64,000 bases of DNA from Octopus vulgaris (lineage: Eukaryota), in assembly GCA_951406725.2 (NCBI GenBank), contig OX597834.1, positions 6,200,001 through 6,264,000 of the forward strand, in the 5' to 3' direction. Position 1 is the first letter of the stretch, and each line of letters starts with the position of its first letter. The position numbers and the translations under genes are program-made. Under the pieces are notes generated by a model. That model had not been told where the DNA came from and ran no database searches. It was given only the letters and a program-made list of their open reading frames with translations. Of the stretch, positions 37,596-50,343 are shown piece after piece.

Positions 37596-38148
37596 GTCAG
37601 GTCACTTTCGAGGGCTACTAGTAATATGTAACCTGTTGCATGGTTGGGTTGTCGGCGATTAAACCAGCAACCCCACCAAGCTTGCTTGGTGAAGAGGGTG
37701 TTTATTGGACACCCTGCGGGATGAAAAACAAAACCCGTCAAAGGGTGGAGGAACTCTAGAGAGTCAACGGCCATCCAATAAATGTCTTAAGGCTGTATCA
37801 TGCGCGGGGACATAGAAATAATCGGACTGAATACCCGATCGTGCGGTTAAACCATTGGGAGTGAAGGACTCCTAGCTTTGTTAGGGCATCCTTCTAGGAG
37901 AAGGTAACTCAGGTAATTGGGATAACTCCAACATAAAACCTGCGGCTCAGTGGTTACCGATGATGTTGACTTGTTCTTCTTTTTGGATTATGGCTGCTGT
38001 TGCTTAGTGAGTGGGATTGACCCAGTGCACAGCCTTTCCTCACTTTAAAAAAAATCTTCTTGCACAGGCATTGCACGATAACAACATTGATTAAGCTTCA
38101 TGCAATGGCCATACTCGATAACGAGGGGGCAGCCACCATGTATGTATG
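37596..38148 (+). mobile_element. Non-autonomous LINE derivative (RTE-like 5' UTR plus the same 3' tail)
   Basis: GGGCATCCTTCTAGGAGAAGGTAACTC, an RTE-5'UTR-like motif; last ~55 bp nearly identical to 37535-37590. Confidence 0.65.
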
Positions 38149-38479
38149 TGTCTAGCTAGCTTGATACATAGTCATGTACATATGAATATTATATATTCAT
38201 ATGTTTAACAATATTCCTATGTATGCCTAAAAGAAACATAGGTCAGCATGGCCAAAGTCAAATGACTGAAGCAATTACAAGAATAAAAGAATGCATACAT
38301 ATATGTGTGTGTGTGTGTGTGTGCGTGTGTATATGTGTGTGTGTGTGTATGTACCAGGTGTAAGCTATGGACACATAAGAGGTGCAGCAATATCAGAGGA
38401 AGGTCAACAGGTAAAACAGCTTTTGCATGTGGATGATGCATGGGTACAATAAACACCAAAAATATACAGAAAATATTTT

Positions 38480-38696
38480 TTTCTTTACTACCCACAAGGG
38501 GCTAAACACAAAGGGGACAGACAAGCAGATTAAGTCGATTACATGGACCTCAGTGCGTAACTGGTACTTAATTTATCGACCCTGAAAGGATGAAAGGCAA
38601 AGTCGACCTCAGTGGAATTTGAACTCAGAACGTAACGGCAGACGAAATACGGCTACGCATTTCGCCCGACGTGCTAACGTTTCTGCCAGCTCGCCC
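38480..38696 (-). mobile_element. SINE family B
   Basis: Reverse-complement match. Confidence 0.9.
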
Positions 38697-39260
38697 ATCA
38701 AATGCCAGTGGGGCAAGCTAGAGGTAGTAGATAGCTTCTGTTATCTATGTGACCAAGTTAGTAGCAGAGGTGGATGCTCTGAGAGTGTATCTGTGAGAAT
38801 AAGATTAGGATGGGCAAAGTTAAGAGAGCTCCTACCTCTGCTGGTAACAAAGAGCCTCTCCCTCAGAGTGAAAGGCAGATTCTATGATGCCTGCATGCAA
38901 ACAGCGACCCTACACATCAGTGAAACGTGGCTGTGACAGCCAAGGACATGCGTAGGCTTGAAAGAAATGAAGTCAGTATGCTTCGCTGGATGTGAAATGT
39001 CAGTGTGTATGTTTGACAGTGTAAGCATCTTTTGAGAGTAAAGTTGGGCATAAGAGCCATCAGATGTGGTGTGAAAGACAGACAACTGTGCTAGTATAGT
39101 CATATGATACATATGGATGAGGACAGCTGTGAAAAGAAGCACTGAACGCTAGTTGTGGGGGGAACCTTTGGTAGAAGTAGATCCAGGAAAACATAGGGCA
39201 AGGTGGTGAAACATGATCTTCAAACTATGGACCCCACAGAGGCAATGACTAGTGACCAAT
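38697..39260 (+). pseudogene. RTE-clade LINE RT C-terminal fragment
   Basis: LEVVDSFCYLCDQVS...RIRLGWAKLRELLPLL...LRVKGRFYDAC..SETW..RLERNEVSMLRWM...GRSRSRKT; degraded. Confidence 0.85.
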
Positions 39261-39337
39261 TTCTTCGTCATCTCTGTTTGTCTGTCCTTGTTTGTCCCAT
39301 CTGTGTAAGGCTTTTATAGCCAATTTTATGAAATAAA

Positions 39338-39702
39338 GAAGCTTGCTTCCCAACCACATGGTTCCAGGTTCAGTCCCACTGTGAGGTAGCTTGGGCATGT
39401 GTTTTTTACTATAGCCTTGGGCTGACCAAAGCCTTGTGAGTGCATTTGGTAGATGGAAACTGAAAGAAGCCCGACATGCATGCTCATGTGTGTATGTATC
39501 TATGTTTGTACCCCACCATCGCTTGACAACCAATGCTGGTGTATTTACATTCCTGTAACTTGGCAGTTCAACAAAAGAGATCGATAGAATAAGTCCTAGA
39601 CTTATAAATAATAAGTCCTGGGGTCGATTTCTTCAACTAAATAACCCTTTAAGGTGGTGCTCCAGCACGGCCACAGGTAAATGACTGAAACAAGTAAAAG
39701 AA
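39338..39702 (+). mobile_element. SINE family A, older variant
   Basis: Diverged match. Confidence 0.85.
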
Positions 39703-39724
39703 CACACACACACTCACACACACA

Positions 39725-39771
<47 letters not shown>

Positions 39772-40382
39772 ACACACACATGCGTGTGCAGGCACATATT
39801 AGCATAGTGTAGCTTAAGTGAAGCATCCTCTTATATTTAAAGTTCATTTTGAAGTCGTCCAAAAGTCAATACAACGCAAAATAAAAAAACAAGAATGAAA
39901 AACCACAAGTATGGAAGACAGAACAGCAATTTGCACTTTACCAGATATTTCTATGTTGAGGGGTTAATGCCCTTTTGTCAGCAGAAATCTGTGAATTGTA
40001 AGGTAAAGTGCAATTTGTTGTTCTGTCTTCCATACTTCCGTTTTAACTCCCATATTTCAATTTGCCTTTTATTGGCTTTTAAACAATTTCAGTTTCAACT
40101 TCGTACGTGTGTGCGTATGTATATGTGTATGCATGTATTGTAGTTATATATATTCATATAAAGAGACGTACGTGTGTGTGTGCTTGTGCGTACATATTTG
40201 TATATGGTTATCTACATATGTAATATATATGTATATATGTTTGTATATATGTAAATATACACACATATATATATACAAACACTTTCATCTCATGAAATGG
40301 CTTTATGAACACAAAATTACTGATAAGGACTTAATGAAGGATTCAAAATATCAGTAGTTTGCTTTTAAAATATGAACAGCAT

Positions 40383-40421
<39 letters not shown>

Positions 40422-40578
40422 CACACACACACACACACATTAACACATGTATGTATGTATGTATGTATGTATGTATAGTGAAAAGGTTTGATAAAAATTC
40501 CATATGGGTATCATAGTAAAAAAAAAAGAAAGAAAATGCACAGAAAATTTATATTGCAAAAATTATATATATATATAT

Positions 40579-40830
40579 TACGGAGATGTACTTGCATAGC
40601 AAGTGACCTGATCTGAAATCGTGTGCTGGAATGAAAACAATTGCAATGTGGAGGGTGTTTATAAGCTATTTAAGAAACACAGAAAAACCGTTCGATTCAC
40701 TTCAACGTTTAAATTTAATTTGTCGAAATATTTTCATCGCTTTGAGACCGTGACCCATTCACTGATGCAGCACAAAGTTTTGTCAGTGAACAGGTCGCGG
40801 TCTCAAAGCAACCTGTTCAAAGCGACCTAA
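40579..40830. repeat. Repeat family P copy with a short inverted arm
   Basis: Matches 3587-3820, including TTTGTCAGTGAACAGGTCGC. Confidence 0.88.
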
Positions 40831-40900
40831 GAAGTTAAGGAGATAGATAAAGAACAACTATGTGTCCATCTGTTCTAATTTAATTAAATTCTATGTCTTT

Positions 40901-40989
40901 GTGCAGCTGAAGATTGCTCTGCATTTTAAACTGATGTAATGATTGCATTGTTCAATTAAATGGAGTTGCATGAAATGATCGTACTGCAT
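40901..40989 (+). ncRNA. Type I hammerhead with long stem II
   Basis: GTGCAG CTGAAGA tTGC...GCAt GAAA T GATC G TA CTGCAT. Confidence 0.75.
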
Positions 40990-41032
40990 TACTTCTGGAT
41001 ATCCTTGTTACTTATTTTGATTTTAATCACCT

Positions 41033-41101
<69 letters not shown>

Positions 41102-41820
41102 TTATATATATATACACAGCAGCCAGGGGTAGTCTTCTACCTGGCTGGTTCCTATCAAACCATCCAACGCTTAGACGGATGTTAAACAACGATGATGATG
41201 ATGATTTTATATATATATATAATCTTCCTTAAAAAAATATAATGTTTAAAGCACAGTCTTGCTATGAAGCTTTGGAAGAATATATTCTGCATTTTCTACT
41301 GCATGAACTTGCTATATTTTTTCTGCATTTTAGTGCTAACCAATTTGCAAACACTTGAAGTTTTCTTGCTGTGTTGGTGCTTTAGAAACTTTTTAATGTT
41401 TGGCAAAATAGAACCAACATGTTAACTCAACACACTTGAGTGAGTAATATGCAATTTCTATAAAGTAATGAGGTTTTCATTTTTTCAGTAATATGCTGAC
41501 TTAAGTTCATTCTGAAGAGGGATTAACAAGGTCCATATTTGCAACAAGTTCTACCCCAATGATCTCCTGCTGAGAAATTACGATGTGCTCCCTTGAGTTT
41601 TCTCTTGGCATGCAAGTGCACGTGGCTTGTCAAAACATAATTGCATCTCCATCATGAGAAATTTTTCCAAATACAGTCAGAGCATTAGCGATGTGATATA
41701 TCATAATTTAACACATGCACGTACATACTCAACACACCAGCATACACCCATAAACATTAGTGTGTACATAAGTATATATACATATATACACACACGCATC
41801 TCTCTCTCTCTCTCTCTATG

Positions 41821-41867
<47 letters not shown>

Positions 41868-41872
<5 letters not shown>

Positions 41873-42078
41873 TAATCCAAACAAGAAAATACAAAAAAAC
41901 ACAACAACGCGAGGACGTGGAACAAATATAGTATTATTGGACGCTCAAGAAAGAAGGAAAGAAGGAGGGTTTAACGTTTCGAGCGAAGCTCTTCGTCGGA
42001 AACATAGGAGAAGGAAAGATCCAGAGAAGGGAAGACAGAGGAAAAAAAATCGCCAACGGTACACATGAGGTCACATTT
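41868..42078 (-). mobile_element. ~210-bp HHR-bearing element (family H) in (TA)n; HHR at 41969-42003
   Basis: Reverse complement of 51412-51624; GTTT CCGACGA A GAGC ttc GCTC GAAA CG TT AAAC. Confidence 0.85.
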
Positions 42079-42405
42079 ATATATAAAATTTACATCTAAT
42101 GTAGGATAGAATTTTTTCTAAAAAAATTTTTTATCAATGGCCAGCATATTTAAAAATACCTTTAAAGGTTAAATTTATAAACTTATAAATAAGAGCAAAC
42201 GAAAAAACTTTCTAATGCCAAATATGCCGAAACTAGACACATTGTTCATAACCATTATAATTTATAGCAATAAGCACGCTACTCGAAAAAGGTCGACAGA
42301 AATTTCTAAAACTTTCCGTTATTACCATATCGCTCCGATTTCAGGTTTAGTTCATAAGAACCCTCCCTTCGTCAGTGATAAATGCGGCAAAGAAAATAAA
42401 TTAAA

Positions 42406-42440
<35 letters not shown>

Positions 42441-42514
42441 ATTTGATTTGTTAGGAAATAAAAGATTCCGGCATAATAGGGGTTCAAATTATTCTCAATG
42501 ACGAAATATATATT

Positions 42515-42777
42515 TTCATTTAGAGATAGTAGGCCACTTCATTTCACCATATAAAAGAATTTTAATTTAAATACTTACTACTTATATCTCAGCTATATGT
42601 GTTTCATGAGGTTCATTTCCCGGTTCCTTAACCATGCCGAGTTTTGCTGGAACCTTTCTTAAAATATAACCCCAATCATCAGGCCTCTATATTACTTTAT
42701 ACTAAAAACTATATCTTAATTTTTTAAACAAATAAGCTTATATGGTGGGATGAAGGGGTCTACTATCTCTAAATGAA
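42515..42777 (-). repeat. ~40-bp inverted repeats (42515-42554 / 42738-42777) enclosing a decayed hammerhead (42591-42685)
   Basis: Minus strand: GGC CTGATGA tTGGGGTT...AACCTCAt GAAA cacata TA GCT. Confidence 0.6.
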
Positions 42778-43294
42778 TATATATATATATATGAACCTAC
42801 CTCAGGGCAAAAGGTGCAAATAAGGGTAAAGACATCAAACTCCATTCTTCACCAAGTGCAACATATTAGAGGAGGCTCTCAGTAATAACAGTGTAGCAAA
42901 ACGGTGGTACCCCAGCATGGCCACAGCTCTGAGCTGAAACTACTAAAAGACAATCAGAAAATTACTTAATACAGTTTTTAAATATAAAGGGGATTTAAAA
43001 AAAATATTTTTCAAAAAAAATTATCAAATATTTTATTAGGGTGTTACTAAACTTTTTGGAAGAAATCATTTTTCCTGGTGTATGCAAGCACTTTGGATTA
43101 ATCCATTCAAACGCCTGTGTTCTTAGTTAATGTATGAAAGTGGAAGTTGCTATTTTCGTAGTAGCGGTTGTGCTAATCATTTCCGGCTTATTTTCGGGCT
43201 GAGGGATTTCAGGAATTATTCTTCCTTTGTCTTTCATAGTTAGTCATAAATATTCTTTTACCATTTTTCATTATGTGGAGTGTTGGCTATTTTC

Positions 43295-44712
43295 AGTTTA
43301 ATTTCAAATTTAGAATTATTATAAAGAATTCTTTTTTTGCCTTTCGTAGTTGAACATTTTCATTGCTTATTCTGTAAAATGGGAATATTTTCACTTTTCC
43401 ATTTGCACAGATATCCAGATGTTCACTGCATGGGATATTCCTTAGAGACGAATCCCTAATTTGTTGTTTATGCTCTTTTACACAACTGCTCAGTTTCCTT
43501 CCTGTCTTCCCAATGTAGTTTTCATTGCATCGTTAAAATGTGATGCGGTAGATGAGGTTTTCTTTGTTTTGCAATTTATGTTTGCATTCACTTTTAATTC
43601 TTTCCCATTCTTGAATCTTCTGATTGTCCCTCCCCCAATTAATTCACCTGTCTCACAACGGGGCTCTTCACAGATGGTTATTTCCATCGTTTCTTTTTCA
43701 AATGTGAATCTTGCCTTTGTTAGAAGTCTCTTGATGTTAGGTGGTTGTCTTCAGCTGTTGATAATTTGTGATTTTTTAATTATTCATTGGAGATTTGGTG
43801 ATTGATATATAATTGAGAGGTGTCGTTTGGCTGAGTGCAAGATGTGGTTTCCAAGATTGTGGGTGACTACAAATAGAATATTTGTATTTGTATTTTTGTT
43901 TTCACATCTAGCCTTAGTATTTCTCCATAAGGCAGAGACTGGGATTTCCTTTGCTTTTGTTATAACATGTTGAATTAATTTGTTGGGGTATTTTTGTTCC
44001 TGAAGGAAAATATTAAGTTCTGTCAGTCATTTCTCTCATCTAAAAGTATCTGTGACTATTGAGCATATGCACTTTGCCATATTAAATTATGTGTTCTTTT
44101 TGTATAGGAAGGGTGGCAAGATCTAAAATCTACGTATTGGTGTGTGTCTATGTTTGTTTTGTATAGGTAAGTTCTAACTGTCTCATTTTCTTTAATTATC
44201 AGAATATCCAGAAAGGGGAGTTCCTTTTCGATCATTTCCATAGTGCATTAGATTAATACATGAATGCTATTTGTAAATTTAAGTAATTTTGTAAGGTCCT
44301 CCTTACTTCAGTTCCAGAATATGAAACAATCATCTAAGAATCTTTTCCAGTTTCCCATAAGATAGGTTTGGAAATGGTCAAAAGTAGTTCTGGATAGGAT
44401 GTAAATTTTTCTTCTAGGTATCTCGTTACTAGAGTTGCAAATGTTGGTGTGACTTTTGTCCCCATCACAGTGCCTTGTATTTGTAGATAATATCAGTTAT
44501 CAAAGAAGTAATTTTCCAGTACTATCTGAAAACCTTTCAGTATAAATTCTTTTGAGAATCTCTCCTGAATTCTTTGTGGTTGTTAGTTTATCCAGAATTC
44601 TACTGCCCCTAGTCTATATGTAAGGGGATTATTTGTGTAGAGACTAGTTGTGTCAAAGCTAACAAGTACTATCTCTTTATCTACCAATTCTGGTAAATGG
44701 ATTAAGATGTCC
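43295..44712 (-). pseudogene. Degraded Penelope-like element, RT and GIY-YIG
   Basis: LVSFDTTSLYTN...QIQGTVMGTK..PTFATL; KRFLDDCF; LPFLDILI...HQYVDFRSCHP; CEEPRCET..INCKT; NYIGKTG...EHLDIC. Confidence 0.9.
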
Positions 44713-44729
44713 ATGGATTAAGACGTCCA

Positions 44730-45455
44730 TGCAAAAAATTACGGGCCTGTCTCTCTGACTTCACATGTTAACAAGGTCATGGAACACTTTGTCAGAAGAA
44801 GGCTGATCTCATTCCTGGAAGAAAATAACTTGCTCACAAACATACAACACTGCTTCCATCCAGAGAAGAGCCACCTCACTCAGCTACTACTGAAACAGCA
44901 ACTTAACCACTTAAATGTAGGTGTCATATATCTTGACTTTGCCAAGGCCTTTGAAAAGTTGATCTTGGGATAATATGTCACAAATTGTGTGACCTTCAAA
45001 ATCACTGGAAAATCCAGTACTGTAAGAGCTTGGATTTCAACAGTCTACAACTGTTCAACATTCTGTTGAACAGCCTCAAGATTTGTGAGGTGCAGATAAG
45101 GAGGTCTTCAAATAGAATTAGGATAAATTTTTATCTGAAATACCTATTTCTTTACTACCCACAAAGGGCTAAACACAGAGGGGACAAATAAGGACAGAGA
45201 AACGGAGTAAGTCGATTACATCGACCCCAGTGCGCAACTGATACTTAATTGATCGACCCCGAAAGGATGAAAGGCAAAGTCGACCTCGGCGGAATTTGAA
45301 CTCAGAACGTAGCGGCAGATGAAATACCCCTAAGCAGTTTGCCTGGCGTGTTAGCATTTCTGCCAGCTCACCACCAATACCAGATGAATCCATATTGCAG
45401 CAGGATGCACAAAGCAGAACACCACCATCCGACTCACTACTCCACCAAAAGGCAG
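44730..45455 (+). pseudogene. CR1-type LINE fragments (RT N-terminal motifs and C-terminus), internally deleted and interrupted by SINE B
   Basis: NYGPVSLTS..KVME..FLEENNLL..QHCF...LTQLL..VIYLDFAKAF; QLFNIL; PDE...SDSLLHQ. Confidence 0.82.
45144..45375 (-). mobile_element. SINE family B
   Basis: Reverse-complement match; AATACC on both sides. Confidence 0.9.
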
Positions 45456-45551
45456 TGCTCCATCATGGCCCCAAATTCTGGCTGAAACCAGTAAAAATTT
45501 TTAAAAAACAGGCATATATATAACATATGTGCTTGTGTGTGTGTATATATG

Positions 45552-45700
45552 TGGTTAGCATTAGGAAGGGCATCCGGCCGTAGAAACTCTGCCAGATCAA
45601 GTTTGGAGCCTGGTGCAGCCATCTGGTTTGCCAGCCCTCAGTCACAATCGTCCAACCCATACTAGCATGGAAAACGGACGGACGTTAAGCGATGATGATG
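45552..45700 (+). mobile_element. SINE-like family C 3' part
   Basis: AGGAAGGGCATCCGGCCGTAGAAAC; (GAT)n tail. Confidence 0.85.
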
Positions 45701-46114
45701 ACAATGTGCATGTGTATGTGTACGTATTTCTATATGTATGTATGTATGTGCATGTATATGTGCATGTGTGTGTGTGTGTGTGTGAGGAAGGAATGTGATG
45801 TGTGAATAGAGAAGGTATGCAGTACTTGTCCAGACAAAAACGATAATAATAATTATTAAAGATAAAATGTAAATGATTTCAAACACATTATAAAAATACT
45901 AATTTAATGCATGGATTTCAATGTATAATTCAGTAAGTGGCTATTTTCTTTAATGTCAGACCAGCACAATATCTGCTTCCTTTCAAGTTCAATGAATACA
46001 CTAATTAATGCCATTAATCACACATGCCGTGATTTCGGTTGCATAATACGTAAAATGTAGTTGAAACGGAGGCAGAAATTAAAACTGCCTCTATTATGTG
46101 TCATTATAGAGTGA

Positions 46115-46650
46115 GAAGAGAGAGTGGGGAGAGAGAGTGGGGAGAGGTGGAGAGAGAGTGGGGAGAGGTGGAGAGAGAGTGGGGAGAGGTGGAGAGAGAG
46201 GGGGGAGAGGTGGAGAGAGAGGGGGGAGAGGTGGAGAGAGAGTGGGGAGAGGTGGAGAGAGAGTAGGGAGAGGTGGAGAGAGAGTAGGGAGAGGTGGAGA
46301 GAGAGTGGGGAGAGGTGGAGAGAGAGTGGGGAGAGGTGGAGAGAGAGTGGGGAGAGGTGGGAGAGAGAGTGGGGAGAGGTGGAGAGAGAGTGGGGAGAGG
46401 TGGAGAGAGAGTGGGGAGAGGTGGAGAGAGAGGGGGAGAGGTGGAGAGAGAGGGGGAGAGGTGGAGAGAGAGTGGGGAGAGGTGGAGAGAGAGTGGGGAG
46501 AGGTGGAGAGAGAGGGGGAGAGGTGGAGAGAGAGTGGGGAGAGGTGGAGAGAGAGTGGGGAGAGGTGGAGAGAGAGGGGGGAGAGGTGGAGAGAGAGTGG
46601 GGAGAGGTGGAGAGAGAGTGGGGAGAGGTGGAGAGAGGGAGAGAGAGAGG
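46115..46650. repeat. 21-bp G-rich minisatellite (GTGGGGAGAGGTGGAGAGAGA)n
   Basis: Direct reading; about 25 units. Confidence 0.95.
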
Positions 46651-46883
46651 GAGTATGTGTTTGCTTGCTTCATTGCTCAGGTGTTTGCCTCAATTGACTA
46701 AAGTGATTGTATCAGACGTTATTTCATGTGTAAAATAACAATAATGAACATATTACTATAGTAAATTAAATTTGGGGTAAGTTTAGAAAAGAGAGCAAAG
46801 TAAACAGATTAGGAGGAGTTTGGGGACCTAAATTGTTCTGGTTTAACACCACCACTTTTTGGTCTTTGGTATGGGAAACTAAA

Positions 46884-47412
46884 GGCGGCGAGCTGGCAGA
46901 AACGTTAGCACGCCAGGCGAAATACTTAGCGGTATTTCGTCTGTGCTTACGTTCTGAGTTCAAATTCCGTCGAGGTTGACGTTGCCTTTCATCCTTTCGG
47001 GGTCGATAAATTAAGTACCAGTTACGCACTGGGGTCGATATAATCGACTTAATCCGTTTGTCTGTCCTTGTTCGTCCCCTCTGTGTGTAGCCCCTTGTGG
47101 GTAGTAAAGATATAGATCGATTAAATAAGCACCAGTTACGCACTGGGGTCGATGTAACCAACTTTATCCGTTTGTCTGTCCTTGTTCGTCCCCTCTGTGT
47201 TTAGCTCCTTGTGGGTAGTAAAGAAATGGGTATTTCGTCTGCCGCTACGTTCTGATGTCAAATTCCGCCGAGGTCGACTTTGCCTTTCATCCTTTCGGGG
47301 TCGATAAAATAAGTACCAGTTACGCGCTGAGGTCGATGTAATCGACTTAATCCCTTTGTCTGTCCTTGTTTGCCCCCTCTGTGTTTAGACCCTTGTGGGT
47401 AGTAAAGAAATA
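46884..47412 (+). mobile_element. SINE family B multimer
   Basis: 15-bp TSD GGTATGGGAAAC(T/C)AA at 46868-46882 and 47413-47427. Confidence 0.92.
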
Positions 47413-47499
47413 GGTATGGGAAACCAAGTCTTTCCTCTGTTGCAAGCATTCATTCTATGTCTCAGGTCTAAGAATAATATCTCACCATTGACAATGATT

Positions 47500-47760
47500 G
47501 TGCAGGCACATAGCCTAGTGGTTAGAGCAGCGGACTCGCGGTCGAGGGATCGCAGGTTCGAATCTCAGACCGGGCAATGTGTGTGTTTATGAGCGAAACA
47601 CCTTAAGTTCCACGCGGCTCCGGCAGAAGGTAATGGCGAACCTCTGCTGACTCTTTCGCCACAACTTTCTCTCACTCTTTTCTCCTGCATCTTGCAGCTC
47701 ACCTGCGACAGAAACTGGGAAACCGGCCCTTATGAGCCAGGCATGGCTCAAGAAGGAACA
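47500..47760 (+). mobile_element. Young tRNA-derived SINE (family E)
   Basis: A-box TAGCCTAGTGG, B-box GGTTCGAATC; ~14-bp TSD CA(T/C)TGACAATG(A/G)TT; T and acceptor stems do not pair as in a real tRNA. Confidence 0.85.
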
Positions 47761-48049
47761 CACTGACAATGGTTTCCCTAACACATCTGACTAAGATGTA
47801 AAAATATAAAAGGCAGGATTGCCTCCTGGCTTAGCTGTTTGCAATCGTGAAATGAAAGAGAAATGAGTTAACATATGGTGACATTGGATAAATTTATGTA
47901 AATTTTGAGAATCCGTAAGATAAGTGAAATGATATAAATTTATGCTAGGTAATTAAAATCCATGTAATTACTGTTGGCAAAGCTTACTAAGGGAATTGCA
48001 ATGATAAGAACAAGGCTTTGATAAAGGAAATGGCTGCTGTTCTCTTTCC

Positions 48050-48415
48050 TTCTTCTTATTCCTCCTCTTCTTCTTCTTCTTCTTCTTCTTCTTCTTCTTC
48101 TTCTTCTTCTTCTTCTTCTTCTACTCCTTCTTCTTCTACTCCTTCTTCTACTTCTTTCCCCCTTCTTCTTCCACTTCCTCCTCATCATCCTCCTCCTCCT
48201 CCTCATCATCATCATCATCTTTTCTTCTTCTTCTTCTTCTTCTTCTTCTTCTTCTTCTTTCCCCCTTTCCCCCTTCTTCTTCTTCTTTCCCCCTTCTTCT
48301 TCTTCTTCCTCCTCCTCCTCCTCCTCTTCGTCTTCTTTTTCTTCTTCTTCTTCTTCTTCTTCTTCTTCTTCTTCTTCTTCTTCTTCTCATTATTACTATT
48401 ATTATTATTATTATT

Positions 48416-48447
<32 letters not shown>

Positions 48448-48499
48448 TATTATCATCATCATCATTATTATTACTATTATTATTATTATTATTATTATT

Positions 48500-48537
<38 letters not shown>

Positions 48538-48554
48538 TATTATCATCATCATCA

Positions 48555-48585
<31 letters not shown>

Positions 48586-48782
48586 CATCATCATCATCAT
48601 CATCATCATTATTATCATCATCATCATCATCATTATTATTATTATTATTATTATTACTACTACTTCTACTATTATTATTATTATTATTATTATCATCATC
48701 ATCATCATCATTATTATTATTATTACTATTACTATTATCATCATCATCATCATCATCATTATTATTATTATTATTATTATTA

Positions 48783-48831
<49 letters not shown>

Positions 48832-48868
48832 TACTTCTACTATTATTATTATTATCATTATTATTATT

Positions 48869-48950
<82 letters not shown>
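48050..48950. repeat. (CTT)n/(CAT)n/(TAT)n compound microsatellite
   Basis: Direct reading. Confidence 0.96.
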
Positions 48951-50067
48951 GGGCAGTGTGCTGCCACAATCCTTACTGCAATGGACAAAATGCTTAGCAG
49001 CATTTCTTCTTGTTTCACATTTGAAATTCAAACTCTGCTTAGACAGACTTTGCCTTTCCTCCTTTCGGGGCTGATAAAATGCCACTAGTTGAACACCATA
49101 AATCTTTCAAGTCAGGGAAGGGAAAGATTTTTCAATGCCTTCTAGTGCTACTGGGTGACATGGATACAAAGTGAGTGTGCATGGATGCGTGCATGTGTGA
49201 ATATGAATTCCTGGTTGGAGTTTTGCCCCCTCAAATCCACTGAACTATTTTATATTACATATAGTTCTATATGTAACTAACTACATGTTTTTAAACCTTC
49301 AGTATTCAGATTACAGTTTCACACATAATGCTTATATATTTACATCATTTTAAATTAATGATGCATTATTCTGTAGCTTTGAGATTTCAATGATGTCATT
49401 ATTTATTTTTAAAATGACTCTGTACGGTATGACCAGTTTGAAGATATGGGCAGTTTAAATGCTAAATGGTTAAGTGATTTCTACAATAACCACACACTTT
49501 TTTAAAATGGTTCTGAGGTTCCAAGAACACTCAAATCGAAGTGCACTACATCTTTGCAATTTAGGGATAAACTCTATCATCTAAAGAGTTTATCACCAAA
49601 TTGTAGCCAGTCTAATTAACATGATGTGATGTAGGGAAAGGGTGGGGGTGCAAAAGATTGACCACAGCTGTCTAGTATATTCAACGATTACTAATAGCTT
49701 TCCACTGCTTGAGGGCTGAAGAATCAGCTTTTTCGCCACAAATTCTAATGAAATTCTTCAAGTGGTAGCTTTAGTGGAATGTAAGAGTTCAGTTGTTATT
49801 CTGTTATTAAATGACAAATCTTCTGTATAAGCAGCTTTTGTATATCAGGTAATATTTTCAGATAATCTGCTCTTTCTTCTTAAGCATTAAGAAAACTGAT
49901 GTAATACAAAAAAAAGGTGTACGTCAGCAAAACCTTTGTAAGGTCGACAATGAATTCCTCATCTAATACTTGATTCAGTTTATCATTTATACTCCCTATT
50001 TTTCTAGTATTTCTCTGTAATGCATGATACAAAGTTTGATCTCCATCCAATGTATATGTTTATACAT

Positions 50068-50343
50068 TTGGATTCGAGTGAGGTCGTCGCCAGTGCTGCT
50101 GGACTGGCTCCTGTGCAGGTGGCACATAAAAATCACCATTTGGGCATGGCCGTTGCCAGTTCCACCAAACTGGGCCTCGTGCCAGTGGCATGTAAAAGCA
50201 CCCACTACACTCTCCGAGTGGTTGGCATTAGGAAGGGCATCCAGCTGTAGAAACTCTGACAGATTGGAGTTTGGTTCGCCAGACCTCAGTCAAAATCGTC
50301 CAACCCATGCTAGCATGGAAAGCGGATGTTAAACGATGAAGAT
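50068..50343 (+). mobile_element. SINE-like family C
   Basis: Family motif and tail. Confidence 0.85.

Noticed and set aside
47503-47575. Possible tRNA gene
   Set aside because: A and B boxes are present but the acceptor, anticodon and T stems pair poorly; it continues into a SINE body and is bounded by a TSD
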